Made by a program: the position numbers and the translations under genes. Shown here in pieces: positions 54,170-64,000 of a DNA stretch of 64,000 bases. The DNA is from Harriotta raleighana (taxonomy: Eukaryota). Each line of letters opens with the position of its first letter. Position 1 is the first letter of the stretch. The notes under the pieces are model-generated. The model saw only the letters and a program-made list of their open reading frames with translations, was not told the origin of the DNA and ran no database searches. The DNA is taken from contig JBNZDD010013686.1 in NCBI GenBank assembly GCA_050575255.1, positions 3,964,801 through 4,028,800 on the forward strand, in the 5' to 3' direction.

Positions 54170-54341
54170 ATACCGCTTGATGATGCAGGAGAGATACTTT
54201 ATCTTGGTCAGCCGGGTGTCTGACAGATGCGCAAAGCTATTTCCATGCTTGAATGTATCCAAACCAAACTGAGGTTTCCATGAATGCCACCTCCACATGG
54301 GAATTTTTGCGTGTGGAATGGATTGCATACTCTTCCCCCAC
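54170..54341 (+). pseudogene. Highly diverged U1 snRNA-like sequence (pseudogene, variant, or U1-derived repeat)
   Basis: gcaggagagatac vs U1 GCAGGGGAGATAC; stem agatac/gtgtct; Sm site aatttttg at 54302-54309; terminal hairpin ending cttccccc; length close to U1. Confidence 0.4.
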
Positions 54342-55772
54342 AGTGGGTCACACCCTATGTATTTAATTCCCGAGAGTGTGAGGCACAGGTTGGCAAGAGA
54401 GTTTGGGGTGGTGGGGTATTGGGGATGGGGGGCGGTGTCTGCTGGATTTTAACCAGCTAAAACTTCATAGCTTGCCATTGAGAATGCTGTATGACAAGCT
54501 TCCTACTGCTTGTTCAGCTAAGAAGACCCTGCCTAATAGGTCTGGTTTAATTAGGGTTAACAGGAGCCGAGCGAGTTCAATCCCTGCCCCACAATCACTT
54601 ATATACCTTTGCAATTCAATACGAACAGGGTTAATATTTGAAGTGCTTGCAATATTAATATTAAATCAATTTTAAAAATGTCTTTTCTGTATCATGCGTG
54701 TATCTTAGGCATTTCATTGCCGCAATTCCACATAGCGGAATTAATGATTTAAAGATTCCACCAGTAAAGCGGGATAACCCTGGGGCTGAACTGCTTTCCG
54801 AGTAGATGAACACAGAGCAGGCAGGCAGGCCCCACAGTAATCTAAATATCTGGTTAATGTTTGACCAGCTCAAAAACAAGACAAATTCTTAACCCAGTGT
54901 GCTGACGGATAGGTCACCCTGAACTGGACAGTATCATCCCGACCGTTTTTTCAGATGTGGGAAGACGGGATTTCAGTGGAACTCTGTTTTAATGACAAAA
55001 TCCTCGTCCTAATATACGTGAGTGGTGGGCTTGTTATCTCTCTTCAGAAGTCACGCATACCATAGTGTTGATAAAATGTTACGGCCCACGCTGTGCACAT
55101 TCACCTCCACTAAACCACCACAGTACATTATAAATGAATGAAGCACTTGTAGACTTCAATTTAAGTCGAACCCGTGTTGAGCCCAAACTCCAATGATTCT
55201 CCGCAGAGGTGACCTCTGTTCCCACCTGATGTTTGTGTTCTCACCCATACAAAGAAGAGATTTCTGTACGTATAATCGCTGCAGAAGCCCTCAAGGAGAA
55301 AATGAATGTTGGCATTTCATTCTCCCACAAGAAGGACATGAAAAGTAGTTTGGATTTGCCTAGAGAGAACCAAAACAATGACATCGAGAAAGTATATGCC
55401 ATAGCCTTTGTATGCACGGTCTTTCTTCATATTAAGATTGTACATTTGAACTCCTCTACTGTTATGCAGACTGTAGCGGATTCTGCTACCATCTTAGACA
55501 TACCTGAATCAATGCTGTTGCTATGGTAACATTTCAGCTCTTTCTAAGTTATTACCGTCGTATTCACAGGATGGTTTGACTCTTTTTGCTTTTTAATTTA
55601 TTCTTTTCAAATTCAATGACTGTTTTCAGTGTTTTTTTTTCTCCCCAAGTTAAATCGAAGTGGAATAAAACGAGAGGTGATAAGGATTTGCATGTTTCGG
55701 TGAAATCCAGGAGAATAAAACAGCATTGATAATGTTTGCCTACTTATTAATTTGGTTCCCTGGATCTCAATC

Positions 55773-56160
55773 TCAATTGGCTGCTGCGTTTCGCCCACAA
55801 ATATACAGTCAATTCACTTCACAGTATATTCTGAAGCCTTTGTGAAACCTTTGAGACGTCTAGAAGTTGTGAAATGGAAGGATTAATAGTATTATATGGT
55901 ATTTTTATAATAAGATCCCATATCATTATTTGAAATGAAAAGAGATACTCCTAGTATCCGGGCTGACAATTTACCTCCCGCCCTCAAAAAATAATAATAA
56001 TATGGGTCACTCACTCAATAGCTATTTATGAGACATTGCTGTGTGCAAATTGGTTGCTGCACCACATCACAAAACACACAGGTCACTCCACTTTACAGTA
56101 AATCCTGTGAAACACTTTGGGATATCCTCCCAATGTGGAAGTTGCAAGATGCAAGAATGA
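55773..56160 (+). mobile_element. Two adjacent SINE 3' fragments (Deu-type)
   Basis: caattggctgctgcgtttcgcccacaaatatacag (about 55774-55895) and gtgcaaattggttgctgc...ctgtgaaacactttggga (about 55980-56160). Confidence 0.75.
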
Positions 56161-56454
56161 TTGTCCGTATAAATATTTTAAACAAAAGCTGCTATTCGAC
56201 ACACGCTTTCAGAACCCACCTCTTTCTTTACACCATCTAAAAAAAAAGAGACAGAAATGAATGAATATTTCTCCTGAACCACAGTGTTAATGAGTGTTAA
56301 TGAGAAACGTGCCAGCCATTACCAACAGGTTGAAAAACAATTCCTGAATAACGGGCAGCAGTTTGAATGGATGATCATGAATAGGAAACTCTGGACTACA
56401 ATATAGATAAGGAATAAATAACGGGCTGCAATAACAAATGCCTCTTTACCGCAG

Positions 56455-56582
56455 GAGGTCGAGTCACATGCTGGTTCTTCAAGCAGTATTCATGAAAACA
56501 GTCAGCAGCAACCAGATCCCTGGTCATCGATATCGAATGGTCATTCAGAGCCAAGCAGACCAAAATTAGCTTTTGATGACAC
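56455..56582 (+). CDS. AFF2: AFF2 coding exon (128 nt, phase 0 to 2): EVESHAGSSSSIHENSQQQPDPWSSISNGHSEPSRPKLAFDD(T)
   Basis: Acceptor cctctttaccgcag and donor ac|gtatgt; RPKLxFDD motif that precedes the C-terminal homology domain. Confidence 0.9.
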
Positions 56583-56923
56583 GTATGTATTAACCCATCT
56601 GAGTGTGTTTTTTGAAAATAGAGATGAGCTCGTCAATGTTTAACACAACTTCCATGGGGAAAGCGTATCAAATGCCGTATCATGACAAAAATGGCTTCAA
56701 AGCCAAGGAGGGCAGAAACAATGATGGGATGAGGTTTCAATCTACAGTGACAGCCATGCAGTGTTAAGTCATTGTTCAATTCAAACTGATATCAAAAGTT
56801 GGCATTAAATTTGACATTAAAGATGGACGTTACTTCCCCTCTTCCTCCACTTCAACAGGCGCTAAATATTCCCGGTGTTCCACAGTTAGCACTGTCTGTG
56901 CCTTGCCAGGCACCAACTCATAA

Positions 56924-57208
56924 TTCCTGTAGCTCAGTGGTTAGAGCACTCGCCTTAGAAGAGACTTGGGTTTGATTCCAAGCAGGCCAAAACCTTTGGC
57001 AAGTTTCCATACTCCATATGCCTGACAATAATCCCTCAAGTTAAAAAAACAACAATAAATTGGTCATTTCAATCGATGACTGTTTGTGGGACACTGCTAT
57101 GCGCAATTGGCTGCCCTGATTCACTCACAAATATGCAGTCAATTCACTTTACAGTAAATCCTGTCAAGTGTAAGGCGCTATATCAAATGCAAGGATTACT
57201 ATTATTAT
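56924..57208 (+). mobile_element. Full-length family A tRNA-headed SINE
   Basis: tagctcagtggttagagc head and ggtttgattcc B-box; colinear with 36148-36460. Confidence 0.85.
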
Positions 57209-57394
57209 AATGTCCGCGCCTAGGAAATGGGTGATAGGTCATACAACAACAAAATTACACTTGTTTAATGCCTTTCCCGTCAGGAGGACGTCCCAAGGCG
57301 ATGGACAGTGATTGTTTCAGACCCAAGCTTAGGTTGGGGATGTGGAGGGTGGAGGGAAAGGTGGATATTTGGGGCTGAGTGGCTGAAGGCTCAC

Positions 57395-57717
57395 CCGCCA
57401 ATGGTCAGGGAACATGGAGCAGGCTGGAGCCTACTGAGCGTAACAGGCAACCACAAAAAGCCTCACGTTTTAGCTCCTGGCCTCATCCCACAGTTGTATC
57501 TTACATGTATTTTCCAGCAGGGATCAATGGTTCGCAATTAGCAGTGAGAACTCTGGATAATTTTTTCCTCTCCTTAGCTCAGGGGCACCCAGTACAAATG
57601 TGGCTTGTCTACTGCTGATCAACGAACTCAGCAGCGGCTGGGAATCAAACCTGTGACCTTCTGCTCTGCATGGCTTAGTGTTATATCAGACAGGATTTTA
57701 CCCTCTCAGCTATCGGG
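57395..57717 (-). mobile_element. Ancient tRNA-type SINE, second family (resembles my recollection of the LmeSINE1c-type consensus)
   Basis: Reverse-strand B-box (ggtttgattccc), then gctgagttcgttgatcag...cccctgagctaaggagaggaaaaaattatccagagttctc. Related decayed copies at about 37480-37570 (+), 40130-40460 (-) and 58688-58940 (-). Confidence 0.55.
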
Positions 57718-58208
57718 TTTCTTTGTTTGTATATACCTCATTTAATTAGGTTTGGCTGCTTGGGCTGAAAAACTGGCCAGCAATCTCTCCTGATCCAGCT
57801 GAATCTCAATGCGTGTCACTGTTGCTAATTCATTTCTCACAGCTGAATAATTGGCATGAGTTTTGGAAATGTTAACTGTTTTCAAAGCCCATCTCTTATC
57901 AGATTACACAGCGTTTGATTCTGTACAATCTAACCGCCAGGGCTGCAAACATACAAATGCAAAAATAATTCAGCACTTTTGTTGCTTTTGTAGTGAAAAG
58001 TGAGTGGTGTTTTTACTTTCACAATGCCGTTCGTCTTCATAAGGCAAGTGAGAAATTACAGAGGAGACTAAACTGGATCGAAAAAATGTATAAGTAGCCA
58101 TTTTTCCTCGTGAAATTGTACTTAGAATGTTTGCCTTAAATAAAAACATTCTTCATTTTAATATCATCAATTCCATGACTAAAATATCCTCAGTGTGGAT
58201 TGCAAACC

Positions 58209-58447
58209 AATTATTTCCTCAGCCTTCAGTCACTATGCCCCGAGACTCTGGAACTCCCTTCCTCACTCCCGTCGTCTCGCCACCTCTCTGCCTACCTTCA
58301 GGTCTTGGCTAATGATTTTTCTTTTCGACCGCGCTTTCAGTCACCTTCTTCCCCCTCCCCCTGGCCTGGCACCGGGATCCGTTATTGGGAAGCGCTCTGA
58401 GACGCCGTTCAGCGTGGAGGGCGCTATATAAATCCAAGTTGTTGTTG
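58209..58447 (+). mobile_element. 5'-truncated L2-clade LINE 3' end (ORF2 C-terminus, 3'UTR, (GTT)n tail)
   Basis: Translates AFSHYAPRLWNSLPHSRRLATSLPTFRSWLMIFLFDRAF, matching the typical L2 ORF2 end (AFS..APRLWNSLP...FK..LKT.LF..AF); tail gcgctatataaatccaagttgttgttg. Confidence 0.85.
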
Positions 58448-59213
58448 CTCAAATAAATGTGTTTGAACATGTTGTTGAGATATTTTTCCGAATGTTATTC
58501 ACGTTGAATTCTTCAAAACACGTACTATTTCTTCACTGCCAAGTTCATGTTCCCTATCTCTTCAACATAGACGGATTAAAATGAGGTTACAAAAGTCCCA
58601 GTGTGAAGTTTGCATGTTAGTCAGCCCTGGACCTTACTTGTTATTTGTTGTTACAGAGGAGGATTTATTGGTGTCACTACTTGTATGTTTTTCCTCCCTT
58701 TTCCCATTCGCTGCTGAAGACCCTGGCAATGGGTATGACACCAGCTGATTGTGTGCAAGTTGAGTTAGTAAATGGCCTCCAGCTATTCCACCAGTAAGAG
58801 TGGTATCATAGCCGAGCCCAGTCACATCCTCCCACGATATCCTCTTTTTCTCTCTGTGAGTCAACTGGGTATTGATAAAGAGCAACAAGCCCACAAGCTA
58901 TCTTTGCTTACTTACTCCAATTGTATAGCCCCTACTGCTGTGTGGCCTACGGCTAAATTATCCATAAATACACATGATTTTAAAAAGGACGTTGAGTATT
59001 GCTGTTCGTTAGAAAATTCGTATTTTTAGAAAGCTGTCTTGGCTGTATTTTCTGGATCGCTCCTGATTGTCAGGGAGGAACCATTAAGTCCACTGACCCA
59101 CACATGGCCTAAAACTACATTATGAATTCATTGGTTATATCTAAGGGCAGCCAAACGGCAGCTCTATCATTACCAACAATTGTGACTTTGATGAATATTA
59201 TTTTCTTTTGCAG

Positions 59214-59277
59214 GTCTCACAATGCAGATTACTACATGCAAGAAGCTAAGAAGCTGAAGCACAGAGCTGATGCACTG
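59214..59277 (+). CDS. AFF2: AFF2 CHD exon (64 nt, phase 2 to 0): SHNADYYMQEAKKLKHRADAL
   Basis: Acceptor ttttcttttgcag and donor ctg|gtaatt; highly conserved peptide. Confidence 0.97.
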
Positions 59278-59435
59278 GTAATTTTCCATTTTATATTCAT
59301 TCAGATTTTTAAAAAATGTTTCACTCATTGGAATGACACAAATTATTACTTACCACACTACACCTAAAGGGATGTTAGAGCAACGCTGATGAAAAATGAA
59401 ATGATACTTTGCCTTGTTGAGATTCACATCACTAA

Positions 59436-59609
<174 letters not shown>

Positions 59610-59852
59610 TGACGATAATTTTACTAATCATTTCTAGATGATAATTAATAACCCGCTGTGAGGAAATCAGATGGAAGATTAAGATCTATATGGAGATGTC
59701 ATATTTCAGAACTTAATAATATTTAAAATTACTTAGAATGCATACCATTTTGTTTGTTTGCTCATAATTTGTATTTTATTAATTTACGGTGCTCCCAGCC
59801 TCATCAGTGAATACTTTCCAAAATGAAGCACTCTTTTTCCGCGATGTATGTA

Positions 59853-59875
59853 TGTGTGTGTGTGTGTGTGTGTGT
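59853..59875. repeat. (TG)n microsatellite
   Basis: About 11 TG units. Confidence 0.9.
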
Positions 59876-61562
59876 ACTCGGCACAAGACCCAAAGCTTTG
59901 TATTCTGCCTGTTGAGATAGAACGTGACTTGGGTTATAACTGGGGCTAAACAAACAGGCCGCTATCAAATCCCAGAGAAATCCAAGGCAAATCTACCTGG
60001 CTAACACTACTGTTCTTTCGCTCCGCTCAGTTGCAATGTAAAAGCTTGGTTTGGCTCCCAAATTCGCGTTTTGTTATTAAAGGAAAGCAATCCTGAGGCA
60101 AACAACACAAAACTCACTGCTTACCATTTACCCTTTTTGGTTGGTTGCTGCTGGATTCCTAATAAGAATTTGTGTGCAGCAGTGATCACAATAGATCAAT
60201 ATCTCGCAAACACAAAACAGCTAACAACCGAGACAAGCCAGTATTGAATTAGCTCCAAAGGGTTAAAGCACTAAAGGGTTAATTTCTTCTGGTGTAGTAA
60301 CAGAATGATTCCTTCGTCACCATGGGTTACGATTGCATCATATCTGAAGTAGGTTGCTTGCATTTTAATCCCTTAGACTTAAATTCCAAGGAGAGTGTAG
60401 TTTGGAGAATATAAATTATGGAACGAGGAAAGGCGAAAGCGGAGATAGGATGGATAGAAATAAATAAATCATTCTGTGTGTGTGTGGGTCTTGTGATTAC
60501 TTGTCTTTATGTAGGTGTATGCAATATATAAAGAAAGCCTGGGTTCTTTGTTAGCAGACACATCCTGTAGAGTTGTAGTAAATGCACAGACTAATGCCAG
60601 AATTAAGAGGACAAACTGATTGGTGCAGTTATTTTTTCATTCTTCACTCTGAGCTTTCCTTTTGTGCTGGCCTGGAGAGTGAGCACATCAGATGACTCCC
60701 AAGTTTCCTCAGGTGATAAGTAATGTAATAAGATGTCAGCATTCTTATTGCAAAGCTATGCACCGACACATTTAACTCAACCAAAATGTAGTTGTGCCGT
60801 GCGTGCATTACTGCACACATATATTTATGTGGTTACCCAACGATGTCTTTGTACTGCCCTTTTGGCAGTGATTTACAAACGCGTGGCGCAAATGGAGACC
60901 GAAGCATGTCAAGTTGTGCTGGAGCCCTGCTCCATTCACCATCAGGAGGGACAGATCTTAGAAGCCCGTTGTAACACGCCTTGCTCTTTTGGGGGTTCGC
61001 TCAAAACTCAAATGACTGGAAATCCACATCCTGCCATTGGGTTACAAATCCTGGCATCGTAATTGAAATAATCCCGTCATGCTCAGTAATGTCACAGGTC
61101 ACGCAATCAGCGATATCGTAATCTGGAGTGCCCCCCCCGCTATGAGGTGGGCTAGCATAGTATGAGCCCTTACCACCGGCTTATAACTGGGACATCCTAT
61201 CATTCACACTGGCCTTGTTTCCCTGCAGACATATGCATTTACACACATAAAATTTACGACCAAACAAATCATACAACCAGCTTGATTTCTCCAAGGTGTG
61301 TGTGCGCAAAGCGTTTTAAATCAGTCATTGTGATGAGTTTGTTGTGACTGAAAAGTGTCCCTCCCACTTGATCTCTTTATTAAAAGAACATCATTGGGAA
61401 ATTACTGCACAATATACCTGACCTCTTATCTCATTGTTGTCAGAAAAGTGCGGGATTCGATTTTTGACGATTTATTATTAAGTGAGTTGGCAGGTGATTT
61501 TTTATGTGCGTGATGTTTACGAGGCAGGATCAGTAATTTTTTTGGGTTGTTTCTGTCCCAAG

Positions 61563-61634
61563 GTACGCCATGAGATTAAAGAATTTCACTGGGCCAACAG
61601 CCACAGTCGCAGACAAGAAACTTGCCGTTTTGTG
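61563..61634 (+). CDS. AFF2: AFF2 CHD exon (72 nt, phase 2 to 2): YAMRLKNFTGPTATVADKKLAVL(C)
   Basis: Acceptor ttctgtcccaag and donor tg|gtgagt; conserved peptide. Confidence 0.96.
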
Positions 61635-61981
61635 GTGAGTTTTCAGCAAGTGAACAGATCGGTCATTGAACCTTGAATGAAATCTTTAATCATTTTACGT
61701 GTGGGTCAATGAGCGTACGGAATTGAGAAAACCAAAGCAATCTAGGAAGATTCTATTTCGTTAATCCTCTCAAATTGCAGTTCATTTATCTGTGCTGTTT
61801 CAAAAATCTTTGCCAGACAAAATGTGCTATTTTAATATCATGCCATCTATGCACATTCACACCTCCCCCCCAACCCCTCCAAGAATGTGCAAGATCAGAT
61901 GAAAATTGTACTTCAGTATAATTTACATAAATTGTGTGATTTTATTGAGTACTCAACCTAACATAATCTTTCTTTAATTAA

Positions 61982-62122
<141 letters not shown>

Positions 62123-62352
62123 TGAACTACACCACATGGAATTCGACTTCCCATCCACATTCTCCAAATGATTGCATTTATGATAGTACACTAACTTTGT
62201 TCAATTCACTGTTGACCATCACCTTGAGACCGCAAATATATCAGGAGTTTAATCACTTTTGTTGACATTAAACAGTTTGCTTAAGATGCTTTAAATGGCT
62301 TTTGATACATACATTTGTCAATTCCTTGTTTCGAACTGTAGTCTTATTGATA

Positions 62353-62679
62353 CAGTGAAAACCCCTTTATCCGGCACCCCCGGGGAGGGGCGATTAATTG
62401 ACTGCTGGATAAATGGGCAGCAAGTTGCTGAAAAACTCAACATAAAAAATTAACTTATTTTAAAACATACCATGTTAATAATAGACTAAATAGTAACAGA
62501 ATATTGTATGGACACTTACCAATAAAGCATTCCAGTTCATAAGTTTAATAAGTGCGCATGGGCACGCATTGCACACACGCACAAAGTGAGCAAACTCATG
62601 AATCCTGGAATGGGAAATTGCCCCGGGAGGAGGTCGAGCCATGCAGTTGATCGGGTCACGGATAAACAAGGTTTTACTG
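62353..62679. mobile_element. Same MITE family, 327 bp
   Basis: TA-cagtgaaaacccctttatccggcaccc ... ggataaacaaggttttactg-TA; internal ccatgttaataatagactaaa. Confidence 0.85.
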
Positions 62680-63792
62680 TATCCCAAACTAAGAAGAACA
62701 TTTCCTGATGAAAGTAGTTCTATATTTCTCAGGAGGTCTGAACAGCACAGCATGATATTTGTGCTCATTCACAGANCCACACGTCAATTTGATGCAATCC
62801 TGCACATTTTCCAAAAATCATCAGCAGTGGGATACTCCATAAATAGTACTTCATTTTTCTCACAAGCACAACATCAAATTTTAAGATTTCAAATAGCTTT
62901 ATAGTGAATTTTATAGTCTTTTCACCCCAACCCCAGAAAATCTACTTAAGCTTTCAGTGATGTTCAATGTTTAAATTTTGTGAGAATCTTTTTTCTTACG
63001 TTTGTTGATTGCCTCGGGATACAGAATTGGAGTTTTTTTCTGCCAAGGATTGGCTCCAATCATGTAAAGTAAGCAGAATGACTGTATAAGTGCAAAGGAA
63101 TGCATCAAGGGAAAAAAAAGGTCCTATAACTTGACAAGAGCAGTTTGCTTTTTTTGATTATATCACTTTAGTGGGTGATAAATGACTGTCAAATAAGTAA
63201 ACACAAAAGATCAAATCAATAAGTGTAAAGAATATGATGGATCATTATTTGAGACTCTTGATTGTGCTCGTGTGAGCAATCATTTATAATTATCATTTGT
63301 AAAACTCACTATTCTAGTGCAGACATAAACTTGAAAGGAAGATATCATAAACCCTAGATTAGAGTGAAATTGGTGTTACTGAAATAATAAAACATTTTCA
63401 GCCTGCTCCGAGATGAATATTTAAAATGATTACTGCTTGATCATTTCAGGACTAGTCACCAATTCCTATCTGACTCTTCCTAAAGAGGGATATTATACCT
63501 TGTCTCCCCCCCAATCCCCTCCCAAACCACAAGCCTCTGTCCGATGTGACCATTTGGTTACAGTTGCAGTAATAAATGCCTGATTCAGACTCCAATCTTC
63601 AGTAAGAGCTCACCTATCTGTAAACATTTCATTATTTTTTGGAGACAGCTAAAACAGGGTTGCTGCTGCAAGCAATTGACATTTTGTATTTGAAATCAAA
63701 GAAAAATCGGAATTTTAGTCCTGTTTCCTTCTAATATACTCTGGTGTTGGAATAGTGGCCTAGTATAATATCACATGGTGAACCACATTATT

Positions 63793-63973
63793 AGTAATAA
63801 TAATAAATTAGTTACTTCAACCCATGACTTTTTGTGGGACACTGATGTGCACAATTGACTTTCACGTTTCGCCCACAAAATATACACTCAATTAACTTTA
63901 CAGTATATTCTGAGAAGGTCACAAAGGTGTGATACGGCGTGAAATCAAATGCAAGGATTACCATTATTATTAT
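63793..63973 (+). mobile_element. Family A SINE, 5'-truncated
   Basis: tgtgggacactgatgtgcacaattg...aaatgcaaggatta. Confidence 0.8.
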
Positions 63974-64000
63974 TCTTTTTCAAAAGAAGCTGGCGTTTTG

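Overview
Vertebrate genomic DNA, AT-rich and mostly intronic. The repeat repertoire suggests a cartilaginous fish, possibly a holocephalan (inference). The window holds 11 consecutive internal coding exons of an AF4/FMR2-family gene on the + strand (11650-62080). All introns are GT-AG and phase-compatible, giving 2089 nt (696 codons + 1 nt) with no stop. The peptides match AFF2 (FMR2) best, including the AF9/ENL-binding motif and the start of the C-terminal homology domain. The first and last exons appear to lie outside the window. The introns carry many tRNA-headed Deu-domain-type SINEs, an older second SINE family, L2 and CR1 LINE fragments and three pogo/Tigger-like MITEs. Most worth a second look: a roughly 170-nt U1 snRNA-like element with an Sm site in the intron after exon 53865-54081; a palindromic pair of decayed hammerhead-ribozyme cores (about 6917-6997); a roughly 139-bp, about 95% identical inverted repeat (46987-47906); and a perfect 116-bp inverted repeat abutting an N (probable assembly artefact). 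Repeat-family names and human AFF2 comparisons are from memory, not from a search. Repeat boundaries are approximate.
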